From the NCBI RefSeq assembly GCF_006345805.1, contig NC_043000.1, positions 50,468,001-50,532,000 on the forward strand: a stretch of DNA of 64,000 bases, in the 5' to 3' direction. The notes under the pieces were generated by a model. That model was not told the DNA's origin and ran no database searches. It was given only the letters and a program-made list of their open reading frames with translations. The DNA comes from Octopus sinensis (taxonomy: Eukaryota). Position 1 is the stretch's first letter. Every line of letters begins with the position of its first letter. Shown piece by piece: positions 1 to 11,735 of the stretch. A program made the position numbers and the translations under genes.

Positions 1-676
1 TTTCATGCCTGCTAAATTCAAATTGTTTGTTCACAAACATTGTTTATCAATGTAGTCATGAATAATTCGAGTTATATATTTTCGTCGTATGTTCCCTGTT
101 TGTATACAGATGGCAACTTAATGTCTCATCTTACAATAATTTGATTGAGGCAAAAACATGCATGCTAAAACAATATGCTCACATAAATTTTGTGTTCTAC
201 ATGAATTGAATTAGCAATTTTTCCATGTTTTTTTTTTTTTAATTTACTAAAAAGAAAATTAATAAATTCTGGAAGGATCAAAAATGAAACAAGTGAGATG
301 AAATTAATATTCTCATATTGGGAAAAGAAAAAAGAATAAATAGTACACTTGTATCTCGACAGAATTATCATACAGTGACACATTAAGTTGCCGTTTTTAT
401 AATCTGTTTATGCAAGCAAACGACACATAACAAAAATATGCTAAGTGTAAATTTTTTTCTTATTTTTTTGCTATATTTGAATGATAATTTTATTTCACTT
501 GTTTTTTTTTATTTCTAGTTTTTATTAATGTTATTTTGAGTTAATTATTTATGTAACAGACAAAATGTATGCGAGTATTTTGTTTTGCAAGCACGCTCTT
601 TGTTTTGACTGATTTTTTATGAGGCAAGACATTAAGTACTATGTTATACACTGTGTGTATAAATAGGTGACAAATG

Positions 677-678
<2 letters not shown>

Positions 679-724
<46 letters not shown>
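679..724. repeat. (TG)n microsatellite
   Basis: Perfect TG run. Confidence 0.95.
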
Positions 725-728
<4 letters not shown>

Positions 729-980
729 CCCGTGTATATATATACTTCTATTTAATAGGAATATATTATTTTACTGACTCACTTTAGTAAAAAAAATATG
801 TTCATAGCATTGCACACACACAGACACACATACACATGTATGTATATATATATTCATGTCTGTATATGTAAGTATATTCATGTATGTATGCATATCTAAC
901 TATATGTATGTGTATATAAGGGTGCATGTATATAGCTATGTGTATATAAATATATTTATGTATATTTGTATATATTGTGC

Positions 981-1018
<38 letters not shown>

Positions 1019-1300
1019 CAAACACACATGCACATATGTAGATATACACATATATATATGCATATATACAAACCTTCATTTTGCTGCTTTTTTTTCTATG
1101 AAATGAGAAGATACATTGTGGAACTGTTATTTTACTGAGTTGTATGTATGTATCACCTTAGGAGACATATCTGCACTGCTGGACACTCCTGAACCAGTTG
1201 TTGGGTGTCCCACCCATGAGGGATTGATGCTAGATGTGTCGAAACAATTGTTGTGATTAATATACATTCTCATTTGTTCCATCTTCCATCTACCATATGC

Positions 1301-1332
<32 letters not shown>

Positions 1333-4300
1333 CACACACAGACACACATATATATTAAGAGCAAAATGTCATTCGGTCGTTTTGTCTGACTGTTTTCATT
1401 CCTTTAAGATATCACTGTTTCTTAAATAATGCTTTCACCAGTACAAGTTAAAAGAAGCTGTCTGAAATAAAATCTCTTTATAGACTTGTCTTAAAAACAC
1501 AATATATATCACTGCAGCAACTGATGATAATGACAGACGTGTTTCACCTTTGTTGAAACTTACTGATGCTGTGCACCCCATTGTCACCTGCTTACAACAT
1601 TTCAGGAATTTTAGTCTGAAAATGATGCAACAACTAAGTTCTGTGATGAAGTATTTTATATTATCAAAGTCATGTGTTACATAAACTGTGTAATCACATT
1701 TGCTACAATGTCAATTCATGTAACCGCTTAAATTATCTGATGAACACTTATGTCAAGATTGACTTTTGATTATTCTATAAAAGATTATGTGCCTAATCAG
1801 ATACAGTTAGGAAATATTTAAACAACAATTGGTTAAGTAAACGAGAATAATGTGTGTACTGTAGAAGGATGGATAACAACTGTTGGCACATTATTTTACT
1901 AGGTGTTTGGTAGCTTCTTTCTGTATTGCAATTTGGATAACAACTGTTCATTTTGTTTTGTGTCTTTGGAAGCTCATTTACTGAAGATGTCAACTGTCAC
2001 TTAGAACCTTTTCTATAAAATCAGATCAGAAAATAAATACCCTGTTTTTCATCTACAGAACCAAACTATACTTAAAAGTTGGTCTGAATAGATATTGTCA
2101 GGAATGTAGCACAGTTGAATCTAAAGAGTTGGTCTTTTATGACATAGCAATTTTAGTGATAACAAAATAATTTCATTTGATTAAGTTATACAAAGCTATT
2201 TTTTTGTTCAGTGATGAAGTATATTAAATCGCTTTGAGTATATCATTTGTCCTATTCTATCTGAAGACAGCATTGTTAGGATATATAGTCAATGTAAAGG
2301 GATTAAACTCTAAAGTTTGGTATTCTGTCTCTGTTTTTTCATCCTCATGATGATGATAATGGTGATGATGTAACTGTACAGGTAAATGGTATTTAGATAT
2401 TGAAAAGTGTGCATGCAGAGCTGTTTGTTGCTCTATGCCTGATTGATAGCTATTATATAATTGTAGAAATTATCCTGGATAAATTATTAACAATGCCCAT
2501 TGGAGCCACTGCCAGGCTAGTGATTTCTGGAAGTTATTCATTGTGCTCAAACTGTTCTGCCAATCTTTGTCAATGCCTAAAATGCTCATGCTCACCTCTA
2601 ATCCTCTACAGAATGCAAGGGTTGACATACTGCTGACCATGTCATCTAACTTGTGAAGAACTGTCAGCACCTGATAACCTTATAGATAAATGATGATAGT
2701 ATCAACGATAATATTTAGAAGCACTAGCTAGTACTAGTTGTACTTATCTACAATGTGTACATCATAATTGTCATGAAAGTGGGCTTTTGATTTGCAAGCA
2801 CATTGCAGGCCACTGTAAAATTCTGAAGACAGATAACATATTAAATAGAGTTTGGTTTGATTTTCAAAAAAAACTCTCTTTCGAAAACTGTATTTTAAAA
2901 TACATTCCTCCCTTTATTATTTCATAATTCCATTCAAGGGTTTGAATGTTATTTTATGCAGTATTATTGTTAAATCTTTGTTTGTGCTGTTTAAAAAAAT
3001 AAGACCCCTAGCAAGCAGTTTGCATTGAAGAGATAAAAAACTGTGTAACTATATTTTTTGAATACTGTTATATTTTGTTCATATATTATGTATTAGAGCT
3101 GTGGTTGTATCTCAGGTTTTTCTGGCATTTACTCTTTTATTTGATTTTCCTTATTGCATTCATTTGCAAAACATGTCTCTATGTCTAATACTTTGTTATC
3201 TGGCTTAAATCTTATTCACTGATGAGATTGATGCATGACAATTATACTGGGAATTTGAATTACCACAAATTTCCATGGTTGCGTTAGTTATGATGGCAGA
3301 AAATATTAAATATATTGGTTATTTTTCACTAACACACACATTTGTGCAAAACTTCATACACACACCCTTGCACACATCATACATAATGCACTCAAGGCAG
3401 CATACTATTTGGGCTGTCACTGTTTCATGTATTCAAATTTATGCAAACATAAATTTGAACAGATTTTACTGGAACAATCTTACACATGTGAGCACACACA
3501 TACACATCTGTACATATACACACAGACACATATGTACATAGACAGATACATATATACACAATGCTTACAAACACAATATTCTTTTCAATAAATGAACACC
3601 TGCTAAATTCTATAGTACTTATAGAGTTTACTTATTTTTCATATTTTCCTTTCTTGTATTTTTCTTCTTAATTCTTGGCTACTAATGCTTGTACAGAATA
3701 ATCAGTATGTATGCATATTTGTATGTATATAGTTATTCTTGATTTGACTAAACGGTTTAAAATTATATTCCTTAATAAATAGTGTAAAATATTCTTTCAG
3801 AAAAGAAGCAATATTTGATTCAGTTGTGTTTGCTTATAACATGTAAACACAATTCTAAGCAAAATAGGACAAATCATCTGCTAAGTAGCTGATTCTGTTA
3901 CTGCCAGGCACTGCAAGTTTGTCAAATCACAAGAAAGTGTGTATGCTTCAATGGCATATACTATTTTCTTTCAAACTCATGTCTCTTCTACCTTAGTGCA
4001 TTTAATATAACTAATTATATACAGGTAGTTGAATATGCCATAACATCTGAAAAAATATAAATGTAGAATATAGGTGAAAGCATTGCTACACACTAGATCT
4101 TCTGATAGATAGGAACTTCTCTAACTTGGAAGTATGTTGTTTGCTAAAATATATGATGAGAAGGCATAAAAAGTTGCTAAATAAAATTATTATAGTATCA
4201 GATCTGACTTAGCCTGCTGAAGATTTAAAATTAACAGATTTAACTTCAAATTGAGGGAATTTGGGGAAGAGCATTTGGAAAAACAAACTTATGTATGTAT

Positions 4301-4449
4301 ATATGTGTGTGTGTGTGTATATGTCATTCAGTTTATTTCAAGATTTCTTGCCAACAGAGAAAGAACCGGTTTCTAATCTAGATCCAAGCCTCCTTCACTG
4401 GAATTTCAACATCAACAACAGGCTATTTTTGTTTGTTTGTTTGTTTGTT

Positions 4450-4860
4450 TGTATGTATGTATGTATGTATGTATGTATGTATGTATGTATGTATGTATGT
4501 ATGTATTTGTATATTTTATGTATATATTCTCATGCATATAGTTGCATATCTAGACATGCTCATATATATTTAAATGATAAACTTCTGGAAAGTTTTACAG
4601 ATTTTTACAGTTCCAGTAATGGTTTGGATCTGTAGTCTTCAAATTAGCTTTCTCCTTTCTGGTTTGTTTATTTATTTATTTACATATGTGTGTATGTCCG
4701 TATGTACATATGTACGTATGTATGTATGTATGTATGTATGTATGTATGTATGTATGTATGTATGTATGTATGTATGTATGTATGTATGTATGTATGTATG
4801 TATGTATGTATGTATGTATGCATGTATGCATGCATCTGTCCATCTGTCTGTCTGTCTGTC
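4450..4860. repeat. (TATG)n arrays (about 4450-4505 and 4715-4820) plus (TCTG)n
   Basis: Directly visible. Confidence 0.9.
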
Positions 4861-5639
4861 TATCTTTCTCTCTTTTCTTAATGTGCATACATAATTAGAC
4901 ACTGAAATAATTATCTTCGAGAATAACGAGCATTATGTAAAGATAATTAGTTTGCATTTCTGGTATGAGCTGTGGTTTTGTGTCACACATTGAAGCGAGA
5001 TACATTTCATTTTGTTTGCCTCTATCCTTTTGTATTTTATGTGTTTGCATTTATATTTATCACTTTTGCTCACCTCCCTAGAAAAGTGAACAGAATAATG
5101 AAAAAAAATAAATGAAAGGAAAGAACACATTTTTATTCCAGTTGCCTATAAATAATAAGAATTTTGCTATTTTACAACTTCACTTTCCATTTGTGGATAG
5201 AAATACATATTAAAAAGAAAAATATTTCTTTTAAAATCTGTCTTCATAAAAATAACTGCTCATTCATGTTGTGATTCACACTTCACTTAGATTTTCAAAT
5301 TCTAAAATATTTATAAATATGAATAAATAAATTAATGCATGTTCCAAAATAAGTTTTGATAGCGATCATTGTAAATTTGTTGGTGACTCTTTATTAATAT
5401 GTAATACTGAGCTTAAGGTATTTTTGTATCCAAGAGAGTGAAATAAGAATATATGGATAGACTCATAATTATGGATGTGAAGACACAGACATATGACAAC
5501 ACATTTTATGCTTTATATATATATATAAATGAGTTTGGAGGGATATATTATCTGGGTGGATACTGTATTAGCTCTCAGTTTAGTTCCACTTAACAGCTAA
5601 TGATCTGTATCTAACATCTGTGTCTATATTCAGATGTTA

Positions 5640-6390
5640 GTCACTCTGTGGATTCTTCCGATTAGCAATTCCATGTACTCTTTGCTGGATAGTGAAAATT
5701 GTCTGGAGTATATAAGAATAAAGAGTATGGAGACATGTACATTCACAAAATTTGTTTTATAGTTATATACAGTATATTATAATGACCTACACGTGTAGGT
5801 CATTATAATTTGTCTTGCTAGGTCTGCAAAGTTTTACCTTTCTTCTATATTGAAGAAGGACTTGTGTTTGCTAAAGATGATCCTAAAGGAATCTTCTGTC
5901 ATGCTCACATATTTCAACACATGTGTCTGCTGGGATCCTTTAATATAACTTGTGTCTCATATACCTTGACTGTTTCATGGACATGCAGTATTGTTTCTGA
6001 ATGAGCATTCTACCAGTGTCTAGCATGGGCCTACTCACTGGAATTTTCTTTATGTTAGGTGTACAGCTAAAAGAAAAAGCTTAAATAAGTATTTACTAAC
6101 TAAACTAAGGAAAACCCTAACTACACAAGTATATATATTCAGGGAGAAGGGAGTTGTGAACAATAACATTTTTCAATGGCATTTTCTCTCAGTGGTGTTA
6201 GAGTGGGGTGTGTAATTCATCTTATCCTTAAACCAGCTTATCACTAGGGCCTTATGATATACAGCTGCCACATTAAAAGTTTCTTTACCTGATGACAGGT
6301 GGGAAATTCTTCTGCTGACTCATTTAAACAGGTTCTTGAACACTATGGCTGTATGGCAGGAAGCTTTCTTAATGTATATCAACCTCTCAT
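5640..6390 (-). mobile_element. Degenerate Penelope-like retroelement ORF (RT thumb/linker plus GIY-YIG endonuclease)
   Basis: One minus-strand frame reads ERLIYIKKASCHTAIVFKNLFK*VSRRISHLSSGKETFNVAAVYHKALVISWFKDKMNY...KCH*KMLLFTTPFSLNIYTCVVRVFLSLVSKY. Downstream it reads CSFRNNTACP*NSQG...KYVSMTEDSFRIIFSKHKSFFNIEER*NFADLAR. These match remembered PLE motifs (HPPxIIKNxPxSIxRRIS, RNIIWFNPPFS, CNCR...CPLxGxC, YIGMTExxFKxRxxxHKxSF) in the correct order, with stops. Confidence 0.7.
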
Positions 6391-6639
6391 TCAATTATTA
6401 TGAATTGCACTCATTTAAACTCTTTTCTCTTCTCTAAAGGAAGTAGTGGAGATATAAATTTATCATCCTCTCCTTCATAGAATGGACCATTTAGATACCT
6501 CATCACCATTATTTATCTCTTTGCAAGATCCACCTGATCATTTTCATCTGTTCTTCTAATTACAAGTAGCCTTGTAACTCATCCACTATGAAAAACCTGC
6601 TCACCACCTTCTTTCATACTTTAACACTTCATCTACAAG

Positions 6640-6895
6640 CATAAAGCAACCCGTCGGTGTTCATAGTTTTTGTTTTTTAGCTGTATGGCAACCTAACTGG
6701 TGCTTGGGAAAAAAAGCTCCCAGTACATGTTGTAAAGTGGTTGGCATCAGGAAAAGCATCCAGCCATAGAAACCAGGCAAAAACTGGAGCACAACACAGT
6801 CCTTGGAGCCACTAGATCCTGTCAAACTAGCCATCATAAAACATGGATGATAAATGATGATAATCATGATGAGGAAGATGATGATGATGATAATT
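6640..6895 (+). mobile_element. Family B repeat (decayed)
   Basis: GTGGTTGGCATCAGGAAAAGCATCCAGCCATAGAAACC...(GAT)n tail. Confidence 0.65.
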
Positions 6896-7232
6896 AAGAT
6901 GAATAAATATTAGGATTGGTTTAACCAAACTTTAACACAGTTTTATCATTCTAGTTAATTCCCTTTCCTGCATATTTTATAACTAACTATATAAGATATC
7001 ACATCTATTATGAAAATATAGGTATATTTTGTTTATTTTATATATCTTGTTTATTTTGTAAATGCATGTTTTTTTTTATTTTTCAACATTAATGTTTAAT
7101 TATATTTATATAGGCATTCATGCAATTATTGGATTGACATGTGTCTGTGTGGTTTTCCTGTGCCTGTTTCCATCTGTGTTTGTATTTGTGTGTACATGTG
7201 TATGTATGTGTATGTACACACATATACTTAGT

Positions 7233-7233
7233 G

Positions 7234-7325
<92 letters not shown>
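7233..7325. repeat. (TATC)n(TA)n compound microsatellite
   Basis: Directly visible. Confidence 0.95.
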
Positions 7326-7332
<7 letters not shown>

Positions 7333-8184
7333 TATGCACATTTATATTCAGGTGTATGTTTGTGTACATGTGTGTATATATACACAGGTACAGACATAGA
7401 TATACACTGATAAACATATATATGTGCAGATGGCTGTTTGTATAAAAATAATTTTCATTGATTGGTTTGTTTTACCTTTTGAAATGTAAACTTTCTTCCA
7501 ACATTACTGAACAAATTTCCCATTTGTTTGTGAGATGCTTTACTTTATGTTGCATTTTGTTAATTATTTTTCTTTATTCATCTTTCTAAATTCAAAAATA
7601 TAGTCTTGTATGTATCATCAGTATCTCTTGAATTCATATTTTAAGCATGAGATTAAAAGCTGCACGTTCTTTTGACACAAGTTTTAATTCAGAACAGATT
7701 AAATGTAGTATTAATTGAGATTTATAGTCTCCATATTGTTTCCCAAATACTTCCTTCTTGGTTTTTATAATTTCCACTGTACTGTGTTGTGTTTTTGTCA
7801 GCAGAAAATTTTTACATTTAATTGAAATATCGGATGTTTTTGTATCATTGACAATATAATGCTTTCCAAATATTGACTCATAACCAATATGGAAGAACAG
7901 GGCTGTTTATACATCAATGCATACTCTACTCATTGATGTATTTGTATCCCCTTCAACAAACATCCACTCATTTTAAAATGTAGATCTCATGCTTAAAGTC
8001 CTAACTCTTTGCTCAGTATTTGATTTAAAAAAAATAAATGTATGCTTGTTGCTTGAAATGCAAATAATTAATTAAATCATTTGATCAGTTGTTGAGTAGC
8101 AGAAGTCCAGTTCAGGAAAAACTAACTAGAAAAAGAGTACTACCTACTAAAAGTAATTTATGAATAGTTAGATGTCCTAAATAT

Positions 8185-8563
8185 TTATCTTTTATTTGTA
8201 TCATTCATTGAGTTGCAACCATGCTGGAGCACCACCTTTTAAGGTTTCGTCACAAAAAATTGGCCCCAATACTTATTTTAATTTTAAGCCTGGTACTTAT
8301 ACTGTTGGTCTCTTTTGCTGAACTACTAAGTTTTTGGAACATAAACAAACTGACACAAGTCGTCAAGTAGTGGTCGGAGACAAACACACTCACACACATG
8401 ATGATGGGCTTCTTTCAGTTTCTGAGTAACAAATCCACTCACAAAGTTATGGTTGGTCCAGGGCTATAGTGGAAGACACTTGTTCCAGGTGCCATGCAAT
8501 GGGACTGATCCTGGAGCCATGTGGTTGACAAGCAAACTTGTTATCACAGTCACACCTACTCCT
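8185..8563 (-). mobile_element. tRNA-head/CORE-type SINE, family A
   Basis: Shares CATGCTGGAGCACC...CTTCTTTCAGTTTC...AAATCCACTCACAA...GAAGACACTTG...GGTGCCATGCAATGGGACTGA...CATGTGGTTG with several other copies in the window. Confidence 0.8.
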
Positions 8564-9374
8564 GTCAAAGTTTTAAAAGATGGCAAATGGAACAAGTTAC
8601 ATAATTTTCCTATAATTTAAGTTTATTTTATCATTATTGACATTATTATGTCTGTAAAGACTAGGTCTTTGAATACACTTATACCTCATTTCTGGCATGA
8701 ACATCTATAAATTAATTCCCTGACAGGCTTTCCTTTAACTATAATTAGGCTATATATTTTTCCAGTGAGTTAGCGGTGTTAAACCTTTCAAGCTGTGTAT
8801 TAAAGTGGCACTAATTAGTGCTGTTAACCTTGACTTTGTTTTCCAGTGTTAATATAGCAGAAATGTTGTTTAGTTATATAAAAGGGTCACTGTTTGACTA
8901 GTCTATTGGAAAATTGATTGCATATGTTTTCAATAAGACTGGCCATCAGTAAGGAAGATTTATATTAAGAATTTTCAAGAAATGTTGTTGCTATGTTCAT
9001 TAAAGCTATCTTAAATCAGGCATTTACAGAGCATCCTATACAATTAGGTTTAATAAAGATTACACATTTATTAATTAATAGGAAGAAGTCACGCGAAATA
9101 GAAAAACATTGAAATTCAATACATTGTGAAGCCATAATTTCTGCATCAAATGTTTTTAAAATACCTTGCAATATTTCTTATTTCTCTTTTTTTTTTTTGT
9201 GTCAGACTTTAAAAGAAGTGTTTGGAAAACACCCTTATCATGTCTGTTTTCATACATTAAAAAATAATCATTTGAAGGTTAAGCAAATTTTTCCTCTGTT
9301 TAGATGGATTGATTTTAGATAAACTAAAAGAAATGACTGAGGTTCACAAGCATCTGTTATTATGAGAGGGAAGG

Positions 9375-9420
<46 letters not shown>

Positions 9421-10504
9421 TTTAAGAGAATGGATGATAATGCTTATCATAAAGCTTTCATTCAATGGGGATAAATAGTTACTGAAACTGGAAATAGAAA
9501 AGTATTAATTAAGCAAAATATTTCAGAATAGCTAAATTGTTTGGAATAGCTAATTGTTAATCTATAAAATTCTTGTTTTCCAAATGAGCCACCTTTTGAC
9601 TACCAAGAGTTGTGACCACAGATAGAGGATGCCCTATCATTATCACATCCAACCAGTATTATGCTTATCATTATTGAATCATTATCACCACCATCGCCAT
9701 ATTCACAATTATCAATATCATCAATAACAGCTGTATCAGAATTTACTTTTCTGTTAGCTTGAGTCTATGATAAATAGTTACAGTATGGTTTTAATTTGTA
9801 TTTAATTAGTTCTGTTCAATTCTAAAATATCAGTGTGGCTGATTTACTTATTTATGATGTACTTGAGCTGTTTAAGGTAATTTGTATGGAATTGGTTTGA
9901 TATAGATTTTCTTTCAAATCAAATCTTTTTCTTTCAAAAATATATAGTTTGATAGAAATAATAATCTATAACATTATTAAATTAAATTTGAAAATGGCTT
10001 CCTATTACTTATCTCTGGCCAACATATTGTCACACACATAATATGGTCGTCATTTTATGTGCCATTTTCTATATCAATTTTTGTAAATATTGATAGATCT
10101 GTAAACATGCTCCTTGAAAAATGTTGAAGTTAAAAATTCTAAAGAGCTTAGACGGTGACTAAAATAATTGAACTGTAATGATTAAATTCACAAGTAGTAA
10201 AATGAATTAGATAATAAACTGAAATAAAATATGTGTCTGTGTATGTTTGTGTGTGTGTGTGTATGCTCAATATTCCTTTCTATCAAGTGCAAGCATGGTC
10301 AGATGTTTAAAAAGTTTACATTGCACTCATCAGTTTCTGGCTTTGTTTGCACTTTATAGAATCTCATTAAAGAAATCAGGACATGAAAACTACGCACTAG
10401 TGCAGGAATGAAATTTGTTTAGTGGGTTCAAATCCTGGTCCCTAATTGTTTTTACAAACAAGACAATTTTTTTTCAGTCTTAATATCAAAACAGACACAG
10501 GTAT

Positions 10505-10725
10505 AATAATCTTTTCTACTATAGGCACAGGGCCTGAAATTTGTGGAGATGGGGCTAGTTGATTACATTAACCCCAGTATTGAAGTGGTACTTATTTTGT
10601 TGACCCTGAAAGGATGAAAAGCAAAGTCAACCTCAGCAAAATTTGAACTCAGAACATAGTGACAGACAAAATACCACTAAGCATTTCATCCAGCATGCTA
10701 ACGATTCCACCAACTTGCCACCTTA
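10505..10725 (-). mobile_element. tRNA-head SINE, family C
   Basis: GGTACTTATTTTGTTGACCCTGAAAGGATGAAAAGCAAAGTCAACCTCAGCAAAATTTGAACTCAGAAC...CTAAGCATTTC, shared with the copies at 16.4, 34.4, 35.5, 37.2 and 44.1 kb. Confidence 0.75.
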
Positions 10726-11290
10726 GACACAGGTACAATAACAATAATAATAATAATTATTATTATTATTATCATTATATTTTTACATCTATCAAATTAG
10801 ATAAATCCAGTAATGGAAAATTAATGTTTCAAATCAGTCCAAAAATGTTACTATCCTTGTTTGTTTTGGAGATGCAGATTTTCAGAAGTATGTTCAAAGC
10901 ATTTTCATTGCCCCACTCCACCACCACTACCCCACCCCCACCAAATTTTAGGAGTTGTACTTGTACCCCTTGCAACCTTGGTTCCTAAGCCAATGAAACT
11001 GTGTAGAAGTATAACAGATGAGGTGCATTTGTAATTCAATGGGTTAATTTTTTCAAACATTGTATCATGTCTATTTTTACCATTAGTATTAAATTAAGGT
11101 TATACAAGTGTCTGTGGAATACTCATCTAGTCTACCCACAATAGAATGGGGGAAGTGTTCTGTTGATCAAAAAAATGGAGCCCACATTTGTAAAAACTCA
11201 GTTATTCATCTATCATGCGTATGATATTTTTGAATGTATGTAATCTAACATGTTCTCTCACAATATATTTAATTTAATTTTGTATTATTT

Positions 11291-11735
11291 ACCAGTGACA
11301 TTAAGAATTTAATATTCTTGTCTTGAGAAAACATTCTGCTTTATGGAGTATATATTTATTTCTGTATTTTAAATTAGGTTTTATTTTAAGTTTATATAAA
11401 GTACCATAGATTAGTAATGAAATCATATCATTACTTTTCGTTTTTGGATTTGGTTTGCAAGATTCTTTATGTGCGGTCGTGTGTTGAAGCATATTCTGTT
11501 GTGTCTGTGGAGAGTCATTTTCTTTTTGTGCCTTATAATTTAACACACTCACCAGTAAAATTTCCACTTATTTCTTATCTTTATTTTCCTAAAATTTTCG
11601 TTGACTATTGAAAATGTTGCAAAATGCAACAAAAATTGTAGGAAGATAGAAATGAGAAATAATTGGAAATTTTACTGGTGAGTGTGTTAAATTATAAGGC
11701 ACAAAAAGAAAATGACTCTCCCCAGACACAACAAC
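11291..11735 (-). mobile_element. Interspersed repeat with inverted partial duplication (fold-back, PLE pseudo-LTR-like)
   Basis: 11509-11566 and 11664-11721 are a perfect 58-bp inverted pair. Pairing extends outward to 11497/11733 and inward with mismatches. The left arm continues a further ~200 bp as non-palindromic element body. Confidence 0.6.

Noticed and set aside
2400-2670. Possible LINE RT fragment on the minus strand (LDDMVSS..., LAWQWLQWAL)
   Set aside because: Resemblance to RTE motifs is too weak to call without a search.
6285-6312. CTGATGA...GGAAA at 6.29 kb and other isolated CTGATGA words (about 1.52 and 3.22 kb)
   Set aside because: No stem I/II/III pairing or NUH site in the required positions.
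10420-10445. B-box-like GGTTCAAATCC suggesting a tRNA gene
   Set aside because: No cloverleaf; SINE heads account for all tRNA-like boxes seen.
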